Assembly (NCBI GenBank): GCA_007127105.1
Contig: SLAA01000010.1
Span: 11,447-75,446, forward strand
Reading direction: 5' to 3'
Length of the DNA stretch: 64,000 nucleotides
DNA from: Spirochaetales bacterium
GTDB taxonomy: Bacteria > Spirochaetota > Spirochaetia > DSM-27196 > SLAA01
Of the stretch, positions 8,871 to 17,700 are shown piece by piece; the first letter of the stretch is position 1; each line of letters starts with the position of its first letter. Position numbers and translations under genes: made by a program. Below the pieces are notes generated by a model. That model worked only from the letters and a program-made list of their open reading frames with translations, searched no databases and was not told the origin of the DNA.

Positions 8871-9554
8871 CTCTTTCTCCAGTTCCTTACGCAGTTCCAT
8901 GATATGTTTCGCCGGGTAGACGGCAGTCGGACAGACACGGCTACACTCAAGAGCCCGTTCACAGCGGTACACACCATCGGGACGACCTGCTGCATGGAGA
9001 ATCTCGGCGCGGCGTTCCGGGGTCTTTGCCAACTCCCTGTTGAGTGCAGCCAACACTGCCGGGCCCTGAAACTCGTCTTCAACCGGACACGCGGCCATAC
9101 AGAGGCCACACTCAATGCAGTTCTCAAAGCGCTCAAAGCGTTCCACGGCCTCTGGGCGCGCAGCGTCTTTGTTCACCTCGCTTTCGCGAATGTATCCACT
9201 GTCGGCCGGGTAGGCACTCATGAGCGAAACCGGACTGACAGCTAAGTCACCAAGCGGTTCCATGCCCACAAGTGGCTCGAGCTTGATATCGCCAGCCGCA
9301 AGATCCTCGACCTTTGTCAGGCAGGCAAGCTTTGGCTTTCCGTTGACGGTCATACCGCAGGTCCCGCAGGAACCATGATGGCAGGAGTGTCGGTACATGA
9401 GGTCCGGCGCTTGCTCGACGCGTATCCATTCCAGAGCATCAAGCACCGTTGCGTGTTCATTGAGCTCAAGGGAGTAGTTTTTGAACTCCACCGGTGTGCC
9501 TGAGGGCCCACCTCCACGCAGGATACGAAAGTTGCGTTCCTGTGTACTCATCAC
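8856..9554 (-). CDS. SdhB/FrdB-like iron-sulfur subunit (2Fe-2S plus 4Fe-4S cluster motifs)
   Basis: 232-aa ORF. Cys motifs are CHHGSCGTCGMTVNGKPKLAC (plant-type 2Fe-2S), CIECGLCMAACP and CSRVCP. The GTG at 9554 or the ATG at 9551 overlaps the stop of the upstream flavoprotein gene. Confidence 0.75.
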   Translation of the reverse strand: MMSTQERNFRILRGGGPSGTPVEFKNYSLELNEHATVLDALEWIRVEQAPDLMYRHSCHHGSCGTCGMTVNGKPKLACLTKVEDLAAGDIKLEPLVGMEPLGDLAVSPVSLMSAYPADSGYIRESEVNKDAARPEAVERFERFENCIECGLCMAACPVEDEFQGPAVLAALNRELAKTPERRAEILHAAGRPDGVYRCERALECSRVCPTAVYPAKHIMELRKELEKESGAE

Positions 9555-10729
9555 TTAGCTCCTTTTCTGTAGTACTGTCGGTGTGAGGGAAGCGGAGTTT
9601 CCGTAGTGGTACACGGTTCCTGGACTCCCAGCTCATGGCAGACGGCATCTACAGTCTTCTCCGCCATAGCCCGCAGCACGGTTGCCTTGCCTCCAATAAC
9701 GCTCATGAGTCCGTGGACGTCGTCGTGCTCGCCATGGTTCACACATACAAAGTCACGGCTGAGGCCACGGCCATCCTCAATGCTCTCAGACTTGCCAGCC
9801 AATGGGCGAGCGGCAATCCAGGCGGCGTGGAAGGGCTGCTTACTGAACTCTGGCACCATTTCATCCGCGCAGCGATACAAGAAGTCTACATCCTCACGGG
9901 GCACCTTGATATCGTCAGGATCGTCGGTCTTGTACTGAGTAGTCCCAATAATGGAGAGGCCACGTTGAGGCACAATGATGTCGCCGTCGCCAGAAGGGTG
10001 CAGATGGCTAATGACCATGTTACACAGGCGCTTCCGAACGGCGAGCATGGTACCAGGAGCTGGAGTAATAGGAATATCAATTCCGGCGAGCTTTGTAATT
10101 TGAGGCGCCCATGCGCCGGTGGCGTTTACAATGAGATCCGCCTCAATGCGCTCGTCTTTCTTCTGCACAAGGTCACGAATTCGCACTGCAACTGCGCGTC
10201 CGCCCTCAATCTCAATTCCGGTGACCGGGCAGAAAGGCCGAATAACAGCGCCCCCCTGTTGGGCACCGGCAAAGAACTGAAGTGGTAGTCTCCATGCATC
10301 AATAGTCCCATCTGGAACCTGCACAACGGTCCCAATTTTGTCGGAGAGCTTCGGCTCCATAAGCAGAGCCTGTTTTCGAGGGACCTTCTCGGCCGGGATA
10401 CCCGACTCCAAACAGGCGTCGATGAAGGTCGGTGCGAAGGCCTCGTCCTCATCATTCAAGGCGACAAAGAGTCCATAGTTGGACTCAAGCGACTCCGAGG
10501 CAATTTTTCGGAGTGTATTGGTTTCTTCCATACACTCACGCGCTATTGCCCGATCACCCACAGCGTAACGCGCGCCGCAGTGAAGCTGGCCATGATGGCG
10601 TCCGGTGGTTCCGGAAGTCAGCTCACCACGATCAAGTACGGTCGCATTGAAGCCGCGCTTAACAAGGTCATAAGCAATGGCAGCGCCTGTGCCCCCACCA
10701 CCGATAACCACAACATGATACTTCTTCAC
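9551..10729 (-). CDS. FAD-dependent glycerol-3-phosphate dehydrogenase, GlpA-like, lacking the C-terminal BFD-type domain
   Basis: 392 aa. Strong by-eye colinearity with E. coli GlpA: VVVIGGGGTGAAIAYD, TSGTTGRHHGQLHCGARYAV, VPDGTIDAWRL, VNATGAW, GGKATVLRAMAEKTVDAVCHELG..PCTT. It ends about 150 aa earlier than GlpA. The GTG start overlaps the nudC stop (GTGA). Confidence 0.75.
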   Translation of the reverse strand: MKKYHVVVIGGGGTGAAIAYDLVKRGFNATVLDRGELTSGTTGRHHGQLHCGARYAVGDRAIARECMEETNTLRKIASESLESNYGLFVALNDEDEAFAPTFIDACLESGIPAEKVPRKQALLMEPKLSDKIGTVVQVPDGTIDAWRLPLQFFAGAQQGGAVIRPFCPVTGIEIEGGRAVAVRIRDLVQKKDERIEADLIVNATGAWAPQITKLAGIDIPITPAPGTMLAVRKRLCNMVISHLHPSGDGDIIVPQRGLSIIGTTQYKTDDPDDIKVPREDVDFLYRCADEMVPEFSKQPFHAAWIAARPLAGKSESIEDGRGLSRDFVCVNHGEHDDVHGLMSVIGGKATVLRAMAEKTVDAVCHELGVQEPCTTTETPLPSHRQYYRKGAK

Positions 10730-11622
10730 AAGAGCTCCTTTGTCCCGTCCGGGTCGGGTCGTCGTTTCGTTTCATTGACATGGTGGTCTATCATACGCCT
10801 TGCCAAACTTAAAGGTCCAGGAAGCGGAGGAAGTTCGTCTACCGCATACCACGCGGCCTCCGCTATTTCTTCCGGTTCCGGAGTGATCTTTCCTCCGGCG
10901 TACTCAGCGAAATAGCCAACCATCAATGCATCGGGAAAGGGCCAGGGTTGACTGCCAAAGTACTGCAGGTTTTTGATCCGCAGACCGACCTCTTCCATAG
11001 TCTCACGATGCACGCATTCCTCAAGCGTTTCGCCCGGCTCAACGAATCCGGCAATGAGACTGTAGTGGGGAAGACCGCGCCGAGCATTGCGGGCCAGAAG
11101 GATCTTATCCCCTTTGATTATTGCAGTGATAACGGCAGGAACTACTCGCGGATAGTTCTTGTTGCCACAGTTGGGACATTTCTTGCCCCGCTCCTGTTGG
11201 GCATGAAACAACTCGGTACTGCATGTACCACAGTAGCGCGAGTGAATATCCCACCGTAGAATATGGTAGGCGCGCCCAGCAACAAAAGCTAACTCTCGGC
11301 TGAGCCGCGGATACAAAGCTCGCAGGGTTCCGGCAAAGAGCCCCGCCGCTCGCAAGGAAGCCTCTTCAACGACATCGGTGCCCACCGAGGCTCCGGCGGG
11401 TGACATTGTGTACAAAGGACGTCCGTCAAGGCGTCCAAGGTACTGGCATGGGGTTTTCCACCGAATGGACGCAAGTTGCTCAAAGCTGGGAAGCTCCAGC
11501 CTGCTGCGTTTCTCGGGGTCACCCTTTACAACCAATTGATCTCCGCTGAAGGCCGCACACAGATCCTGGGGATCCGGCTTTGCCGGAGGAAGATACTCAG
11601 AAATAAACCGACTCGTTCTCAA
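10726..11622 (-). CDS. nudC: NADH pyrophosphatase / NAD-cap hydrolase (Nudix, NudC family)
   Basis: Zinc ribbon CGTCSTEL...CPNCGNKNYPR followed by the Nudix box GFVEPGETLEECVHRETMEEVG and the NudC-type SQPWPFP. The apparent TTG start overlaps the upstream stop (TTGA). Confidence 0.85.
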   Translation of the reverse strand: MRTSRFISEYLPPAKPDPQDLCAAFSGDQLVVKGDPEKRSRLELPSFEQLASIRWKTPCQYLGRLDGRPLYTMSPAGASVGTDVVEEASLRAAGLFAGTLRALYPRLSRELAFVAGRAYHILRWDIHSRYCGTCSTELFHAQQERGKKCPNCGNKNYPRVVPAVITAIIKGDKILLARNARRGLPHYSLIAGFVEPGETLEECVHRETMEEVGLRIKNLQYFGSQPWPFPDALMVGYFAEYAGGKITPEPEEIAEAAWYAVDELPPLPGPLSLARRMIDHHVNETKRRPDPDGTKELL

Positions 11623-12953
11623 AACACCATCACCCGTTGTCCATCGCTAAATATGCTAATTTTTCTTGTAGATTCCGATATCGCAATTGCAACCGCATCG
11701 CTCACCGCGGTAATGGCCGCTGCAGCTGTGTGCCGCGCGCCAAGCCCATAGGGGACTTTTCGCACTGCGGTGTTTGTGCGCACGTAGGTTCCAGCCGACA
11801 TGATGACGCCATCGCCACGAATAATAAAGGCTCCGTCAATTCGTGAGAACTCCTTAATGGTTTCCTCAAGACTCGGATCGAGAACGTTTCGTTCCTCTGC
11901 GTTGTATCCGTGGAAGGGGTTAATGACTAATTGCTGTGTGTGTTTTAACACCTCTTCGTGACTCCCAAGAACAAAGAGGGTGCCGACTGGCTTGCCTTCC
12001 CGTCCTTCCTCGGCAATCTCTCCTGAAATCTGGATAATTCGCGAAAACACAGCCTCTTCCAGGTCCCGTGGACGCTTGGTAGAACTCAGAGAGAAAAACA
12101 GTGCGAAATCACGCTCGACATCGGTATAGCTGATGGTATCAAGCTCCTGAGTTTCATCATTACCAAAAATGTTCAGCACCTTGTCGCCCTTCTTGAGTCG
12201 GCTCTTAGAAAGAAGGTAGATCAAGGACATCTCGACCAGGTTGCGTCGGCGCAGTCCCCTGTACGGAAGCTGAACGACCTCTCCAAACTGGTAGTCTTCG
12301 TATCGTGGGTACATATTCAAGTCTTGCGTAATGAGAAAGAGGGGCGGTGAGCCATAGGAGAAGTCTTCTTCCCGGAGGAAGGATAGTGTCCCTAAGGGGT
12401 CCGGATACAGAAGGACCGCCTGCAGCTCGGCCTCACGGGCCATGTGCATTGCGGCACGAAAGGTGATGCCAGCAATGCTGAGATTGTGTTCTGGAATTGT
12501 GGGTGCCGGTTCGACTGCGGTCGGTAGTAGTGCAGAAAGAACCTCATCGGCGGAGTTCGCGTTGAGTAAAGACGTTACCATAGACTCGCGAGCAAAGAGC
12601 CGTGCAATCTTGCTGAGCAACTGAATATGGTCGATATCGTTCCAAACAATGAAGACCACAACTCGCGTAAGTTCCCCGTCCTTGCCGTCCCAGGATATCC
12701 CCCCACGGCTTATCCCCACAGCAACAACACTTTCCGGTGCACCGAGAAGCTTTGCGTGGGGAATTGCTATTCCATCACCGACGTAGGTAGAAATTTGCGA
12801 CTCTCGCTCACTTACTGCTGTGTAGATTTCGGCACTTGGACGGGAGACAGCGGGAGCTACAAGCCTGCTAAGCTCATAGAAGGCTTCTGTCTTGCTGGTT
12901 GCGGTGAGAAAACAAATGCGTTCGCGGTCAAAGTACTTTACTACCTCCGTCAT
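11619..12953 (-). CDS. PTS EIIA(type 2)-domain / diadenylate cyclase (DAC, DisA_N) fusion protein
   Basis: 444 aa. Residues 1-145 are EIIA-2-like with GDGIAIPHAKL (His66). Residues about 298-444 are a DAC domain with IDGAFIIRGDG (DGA) and GLGARHTAAAAIT (RHR-type motif reading RHT). The ATG lies 4 nt after the lplA stop. Confidence 0.8.
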   Translation of the reverse strand: MTEVVKYFDRERICFLTATSKTEAFYELSRLVAPAVSRPSAEIYTAVSERESQISTYVGDGIAIPHAKLLGAPESVVAVGISRGGISWDGKDGELTRVVVFIVWNDIDHIQLLSKIARLFARESMVTSLLNANSADEVLSALLPTAVEPAPTIPEHNLSIAGITFRAAMHMAREAELQAVLLYPDPLGTLSFLREEDFSYGSPPLFLITQDLNMYPRYEDYQFGEVVQLPYRGLRRRNLVEMSLIYLLSKSRLKKGDKVLNIFGNDETQELDTISYTDVERDFALFFSLSSTKRPRDLEEAVFSRIIQISGEIAEEGREGKPVGTLFVLGSHEEVLKHTQQLVINPFHGYNAEERNVLDPSLEETIKEFSRIDGAFIIRGDGVIMSAGTYVRTNTAVRKVPYGLGARHTAAAAITAVSDAVAIAISESTRKISIFSDGQRVMVF

Positions 12954-12957
12954 ACCT

Positions 12958-13866
12958 CTACTCTTCCTTATTATCGAACATCATAACTATCTCGTCCATG
13001 CTTTTGTGCCAGCTGCGCCCGCAAAAACGGGAGCTCATTGTGTCATTGTGGGGAATCAAACCCAATTGTTCAATTCTTCCTTCCCTTACCCAGACCTCAA
13101 GTTCCCGGTAACGCGCCCGAAAAGCAGGGCATTTGTGGTATATCCAGTCTTCACTCTCCAGCTTGTGCCGGTGGTGCTGCACCTCGGGAAGGCCCGCAAT
13201 GGCTCGCATAGGAAGAACCGGGGGCTGCTGAGCAGGCTTGAAAGTTCCGGCCAGGGCTTGTTCAAGAGTTGGTAGGGCTGTGGCAAGATCTTTGTACTCG
13301 TGCTTACTCCGCGCAAGCGAACTCACCTCGGAGCGCACCGAGTTAATGCCTTTGGACTCATATGCAAAGAGCCCATCTCCTTTCAGCATTCCAGACAGTC
13401 GCTCAAAGTGCGGAGCAACAAGAAGGGTCAAATGGTGCAGCGACGCGCCACCACTATGCCGAAAAGCACTTCCGGATATCTTTTTTCCCGCAATCAGCAG
13501 GTCGTTCCGTTCATTGCGCTCAACGGCAAATCCCAAACTATGCAGGGCCCCCAGCACCACCTGGTAGTTGGCTTCCTGGTCATACTGCTCGGCAGGTCCG
13601 AGAAATGCAATATTCACATTACCCAAGTCATGGTAGACCGCGCCGCCTCCACTCACTCTCCTCACCGGCAGGACACCATGCTCGCGCATGAGGCGGAGGT
13701 TACACTCCGCATGAATGTTCTGGTGACGGCCAACCACTACCGATGGCGCGTTTCTATACAGAAGCAGGAGATTCTGCCGCGGCGCGACACGTGACATAAG
13801 ATAGCTTTCAAACGCTAAGTTGAGATACGGATTGACCGAGGCCGTCCGTAGCATGGTGCGCAGCAT
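12958..13866 (-). CDS. lplA: Lipoate-protein ligase A
   Basis: 302 aa. Has NPYLNLAFESYL, VVVGRHQN, VRRVSGGGAVYHDLGN and GKKISGSAFR, with the conserved Lys. Confidence 0.85.
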   Translation of the reverse strand: MLRTMLRTASVNPYLNLAFESYLMSRVAPRQNLLLLYRNAPSVVVGRHQNIHAECNLRLMREHGVLPVRRVSGGGAVYHDLGNVNIAFLGPAEQYDQEANYQVVLGALHSLGFAVERNERNDLLIAGKKISGSAFRHSGGASLHHLTLLVAPHFERLSGMLKGDGLFAYESKGINSVRSEVSSLARSKHEYKDLATALPTLEQALAGTFKPAQQPPVLPMRAIAGLPEVQHHRHKLESEDWIYHKCPAFRARYRELEVWVREGRIEQLGLIPHNDTMSSRFCGRSWHKSMDEIVMMFDNKEE

Positions 13867-13924
13867 AGTCAGCTTTAGCCTCCGAATGCTCTTAGTGTAT
13901 ACTCACGAAAGGAGTGACCTCTTT

Positions 13925-14494
13925 ATGATACGACTTGTGTGCTTTCTCGGTAACCCTGGAAACGAGTACCGTTTCACCCGCCATAACGTCGGGTGGATGC
14001 TGCTCGATGCTGCATTTCCAGACCTTGGGTTCCGCGGCAAGTTTCATGCCGATATCGCAGAAGTATTCCCTCCCAGAGAGCAGGGTGGAGAGAAGCTCCG
14101 AGTCCTGCGACCCACTCAGTACATGAACCGTTCCGGTGAAAGCATTGGGCGCGCAGTAGCCTTCTTTCAGCTCGACATACAGGAGGTCTGTGTAGTTCAT
14201 GACGATCTAGAACTACCCTTTGGAAGTATAGCTCTTAAGTGCGGTGGCGGGCTTGGCGGCCATAACGGACTTCGCTCGGTGAAGGCTGCGCTCGGTGATC
14301 CTGGTTTTTTCCGGCTCCGCATAGGGGTAGGGCGGCCGAAACATGGCAAGGTCGACAGTTTCGTCCTCTCCCGTTTCAGCCCGGATGAGGAAGCCGTCCT
14401 TCCACGCATACTTGAGGCTGCCCGACAGCGCCTGGATGAGGCGGTGCGTGCATCAGAGCCAGCAAGCGATAACTCTGCAATACAGCTCTTCTAA
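13925..14494 (+). CDS. pth: Peptidyl-tRNA hydrolase
   Basis: MIRLVCFLGNPGNEYRFTRHNVGW start at 13925; the ORF-track start at 13820 overlaps lplA and lacks homology. Its stop overlaps the recR stop on the opposite strand (CTAA, 14491-14494). Confidence 0.9.
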   Translation: MIRLVCFLGNPGNEYRFTRHNVGWMLLDAAFPDLGFRGKFHADIAEVFPPREQGGEKLRVLRPTQYMNRSGESIGRAVAFFQLDIQEVCVVHDDLELPFGSIALKCGGGLGGHNGLRSVKAALGDPGFFRLRIGVGRPKHGKVDSFVLSRFSPDEEAVLPRILEAARQRLDEAVRASEPASDNSAIQLF

Positions 14495-15081
14495 GCCAGG
14501 GGAACTCGGCCACGCAGAGAACGGGCAATGGTGAGACGGTCCGCATACTCTAAGTCACCACCCACAGGAAGCCCCAGCGCGAGCCGTGAAATCCGCAGAC
14601 CCGAGTCCTGGAAAAGCTTCTTGAGGTATAGTGCGGTGGCGTCGCCGTCTACCGTGGGGTTGGTTGCAACAATGAGTTCCTGAGTCGCCTCGGTGCGAAC
14701 TCGTTCGTGAATACCCCGTATATTCAACTGAGCTGGGCCTATACCGTCGAGCGGTGAGATCACACCACCAAGCACATGGTACATACCACCGTACTCACCG
14801 GCACTTTCAAGGACTGCGATATCCCCCGGCGACTCCACAATACACAGATAATTTCGGTCACGACGGGCATCGGCACAAATTGTGCAGAGATCGTCCTCGG
14901 TGTAGTTTCCGCATACCGGACATGGATGAATGCGCTCCTTGAGTATAGCTATCTGCTCGGCGAGCGCTCGATTATAACTCTCGTCGGCAGCAAGGAGATG
15001 ATACACAATTCTGGTTGCGCTTTTTTTTCCTATGCCGGGAAGACGGGCGAACTGAGCAATGAGTTTATCGAGAACAGTCAC
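14491..15081 (-). CDS. recR: Recombination protein RecR
   Basis: 196 aa. Has LPGIGKKSATRI (HhH), the C4 zinc finger CPVCGNYTEDDLCTIC and a Toprim domain. Confidence 0.95.
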   Translation of the reverse strand: MTVLDKLIAQFARLPGIGKKSATRIVYHLLAADESYNRALAEQIAILKERIHPCPVCGNYTEDDLCTICADARRDRNYLCIVESPGDIAVLESAGEYGGMYHVLGGVISPLDGIGPAQLNIRGIHERVRTEATQELIVATNPTVDGDATALYLKKLFQDSGLRISRLALGLPVGGDLEYADRLTIARSLRGRVPLA

Positions 15082-15130
15082 AACTGTTTCCTCTTGACCC
15101 TAAGCGGGACAATTGCATTTGGCTTGTGCT

Positions 15131-15451
15131 TTATGCCGACCCGAACATTCCAGGTGGCAGATCGAGTCCTCCAGTAAGTCCGGAAACCTCTTCTTGAATG
15201 CGTTCTTTTACCTTTCGGATTCCGTCTGTGCAGGCTGCCAGCAGGAGATCTTCCAGCATTTCAATATCGTCAGGATCTACCGCCTCGGGCGAGATCTTCA
15301 CCGAACGAACTTCCATGTGTCCATTGAACTCCACGCGAACCATGTCACCACCAGCGCTTCCTACAGCGGTTACGCCTCGGAGTTTCTCCTGCGTTTCGCT
15401 CATCTTGGCCTGAATGTCCTGAAAATTCTTAAGCATATCCATTGGATTCAT
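15131..15451 (-). CDS. ybaB: Nucleoid-associated protein YbaB/EbfC
   Basis: 106 aa. Typical sequence (MLKNFQDIQAKMSETQEKL...V.I.PE..DPDD.EMLEDL) and the conserved dnaX-ybaB-recR context. Confidence 0.9.
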   Translation of the reverse strand: MNPMDMLKNFQDIQAKMSETQEKLRGVTAVGSAGGDMVRVEFNGHMEVRSVKISPEAVDPDDIEMLEDLLLAACTDGIRKVKERIQEEVSGLTGGLDLPPGMFGSA

Positions 15452-15462
15452 AGTCAGATTCC

Positions 15463-17193
15463 TTATTCTTCAATGACCTCACCGCGAAATACCTTCTTCA
15501 CGGTAGCAACTGTTTGATCAAGTTCAATTGCCGTGTGCTCGCCGTCGGCATTCTCAACCTGTACCGAGATAGCAACGTCCTCATCCAGCGACTCACACAC
15601 AACATCACGCACGACCCCGATATCTTTCTTCACTTCGTTAGCCGCAAAGGCGGAGGCGAACACAATCAGTAGGGCGTTGTCGTTGAGTTCCCAGCGAGTT
15701 GCATTCTCAACCACTGCACCGAGCGCAAGTTTGTGCTGCTTCACACCAGCGACAATCTCGTCAATCTTTTCTTGCTCCAGAAGAAAGGCCGAACGTGCCG
15801 TTGTGGTCGGTTGGGGTGCTGCCAGCACCTTTGAGTCACCACTACGGTAGTCCTCATCAGGCTGGTAGTCCTGTGCGGGTTCGTTGTCCTCTTCAATATC
15901 GTTGTTTTGGTTAGGTGTGTCGATGTTGTGGTGGTCGGCTTGGTATTCCTCAGCGGAACGCCCGCTCCGTGCTTCAAGCTCCGAGGCCTGGTTTGCAGGT
16001 CGTTGACGCGTAGCGCTCCCAGCAGAGACCGGTGTAGCCGGGGACTTTGCGCCAGCGCCCATACTCCGCAAATCTTCAAGACGGCGCAGAATTTCCTCGT
16101 GAGATATGTAGTCGACAAGCGATGCAAGTCGAGACAGGAGCAACTCCAGCTCAAACCTCTCGTTCAGTGAGTAACGCAAACGCCGATACAACTCAAGCGT
16201 TAGTTCAAGCCCATGTTCAAGCTGGGCCTTGTTCCAGGCGGATTTGGCTCGTGCTGAGTATCGCTCCGGTGAAAAGCCAAGGAGTGACTCCTTGGTTATG
16301 CCATGTTGCAACAACATCAAGCTGCGAAAGTACTCCGACAAATCAACCACAAACTGTTCTATGGGAACCCCAGAGCCCACTATATCGTCTGCGGTTTCCA
16401 TAAGCACCGCCACGTCGCCAGCGGCGAGCAGCTCAACTATGGCGTTGAGTCGATCCAGACCTACCAGTCCCAGGCTCTTGCTAATCTTCTCCATCGTGAT
16501 AGAGCCGGATGAAAAAGCAACAACCTGGTCAAAGAGGGTGTAGGCGTCCCGAAGACTGCCGCCAGCCTCCTTGGCTATCCAGAACAGCGCCTCGTGCTCG
16601 GCTTCTATGCCAAGTTCCAGGCAGGCTTCACTCAAATGATCACGTATAGTCTCAACCGGAATGAGGCGAAAGTGAAACTGCTGGCAGCGAGAGCGGATGG
16701 TAGCGGGAACCTTGTGAACCTCGGTTGTTGCAAAAATGAAGGCAACATAGGGTGGGGGTTCCTCTATGGTCTTGAGCAGCGCGTTGAAGGCGCTGTTCGA
16801 GAGCATGTGCACCTCGTCAATGATATAAATCTTATAGCGGGAGTTGCTCGGTGCAAAGAGCACCTCTTCCTTTATCTGACGAACGTCGTTCACCGAGGTG
16901 TTCGAAGCACCGTCAATTTCAATCACGTCTATGGACTCTCCGCGCGCAATCTCATTTGCCTCAGGATAGTCGGAGAAGTTCTCACCTCGCGGGCCATCCG
17001 GGCAGTTGAGTGCAGCCGCAAGGATTCGTGCAGCCGAGGTCTTTCCTACCCCCCGTGGGCCAGAGAAGAGATAGGCATGAGCAATCTGCCCGTTATTGAG
17101 AGCGTTTTTGAGTGTTGAAACGACGAACTCTTGCCCGGCCAGCTTATCAAAACTGTGGGGTCGTTTTCGTCCGGCTGTTACTTCATATTCCAT
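15463..17193 (-). CDS. dnaX: DNA polymerase III subunit gamma/tau
   Basis: 576 aa. AAA+ clamp-loader motifs present: GPRGVGKTS, IYIIDEVHML, SRCQ. Confidence 0.95.
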   Translation of the reverse strand: MEYEVTAGRKRPHSFDKLAGQEFVVSTLKNALNNGQIAHAYLFSGPRGVGKTSAARILAAALNCPDGPRGENFSDYPEANEIARGESIDVIEIDGASNTSVNDVRQIKEEVLFAPSNSRYKIYIIDEVHMLSNSAFNALLKTIEEPPPYVAFIFATTEVHKVPATIRSRCQQFHFRLIPVETIRDHLSEACLELGIEAEHEALFWIAKEAGGSLRDAYTLFDQVVAFSSGSITMEKISKSLGLVGLDRLNAIVELLAAGDVAVLMETADDIVGSGVPIEQFVVDLSEYFRSLMLLQHGITKESLLGFSPERYSARAKSAWNKAQLEHGLELTLELYRRLRYSLNERFELELLLSRLASLVDYISHEEILRRLEDLRSMGAGAKSPATPVSAGSATRQRPANQASELEARSGRSAEEYQADHHNIDTPNQNNDIEEDNEPAQDYQPDEDYRSGDSKVLAAPQPTTTARSAFLLEQEKIDEIVAGVKQHKLALGAVVENATRWELNDNALLIVFASAFAANEVKKDIGVVRDVVCESLDEDVAISVQVENADGEHTAIELDQTVATVKKVFRGEVIEE

Positions 17194-17223
17194 GGTGGGC
17201 CCTATTGGTTTGGAATAAAAAAA

Positions 17224-17350
17224 GCCCCTTCAGCTCAGACCAAGCACACTGCGGCACATGAACCAACCGCTTACCGCTGCTGCCTTCCGGCCCTGACGGG
17301 GTTGGGCGGCGGACCATTGCACAGGGCCCGGCCGTCGACACTGAAGGGGC
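17224..17350 (-). ncRNA. ffs: Signal recognition particle RNA (small bacterial 4.5S-type)
   Basis: The minus strand reads GCCCCUUCAG...GUCAGGGCCGGAAGGCAGCAGCGGUAAGC...CUGAAGGGGC + U7. It has the domain-IV core CCGGAAGGxAGCAGC with a GGAA tetraloop, a terminal helix of 10 bp, and the conserved position just upstream of dnaX. Confidence 0.75.
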
Positions 17351-17355
17351 ACTAG

Positions 17356-17442
17356 CGGAGAGAGAGGGATTCGAACCCTCGGTACCCTTGCGAGTACATA
17401 CGCTTTCCAAGCGCACACCTTAAGCCACTCGGTCATCTCTCC
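17356..17442 (-). tRNA. tRNA-Ser (anticodon GGA)
   Basis: Hand-folded cloverleaf: GGAGAGA acceptor, anticodon loop UUGGAAA, long variable arm, T-loop GGTTCGAATCC. No encoded CCA. Confidence 0.88.
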
Positions 17443-17476
17443 AGAGCGCCGCCTAAACAGCGCACCATCACCAAAA

Positions 17477-17565
<89 letters not shown>

Positions 17566-17700
17566 GAAACCGCTATTGAACGGTATTTTGTGTGCCATTC
17601 AATGTAAAGTAAATAACTCCTTGGTGCAATAGGGGAAATTTTTGAGTTCTTGACAGCTCACGGAAACCGACTGATGATTAACTGCTGGAGGTCGGGGAGT

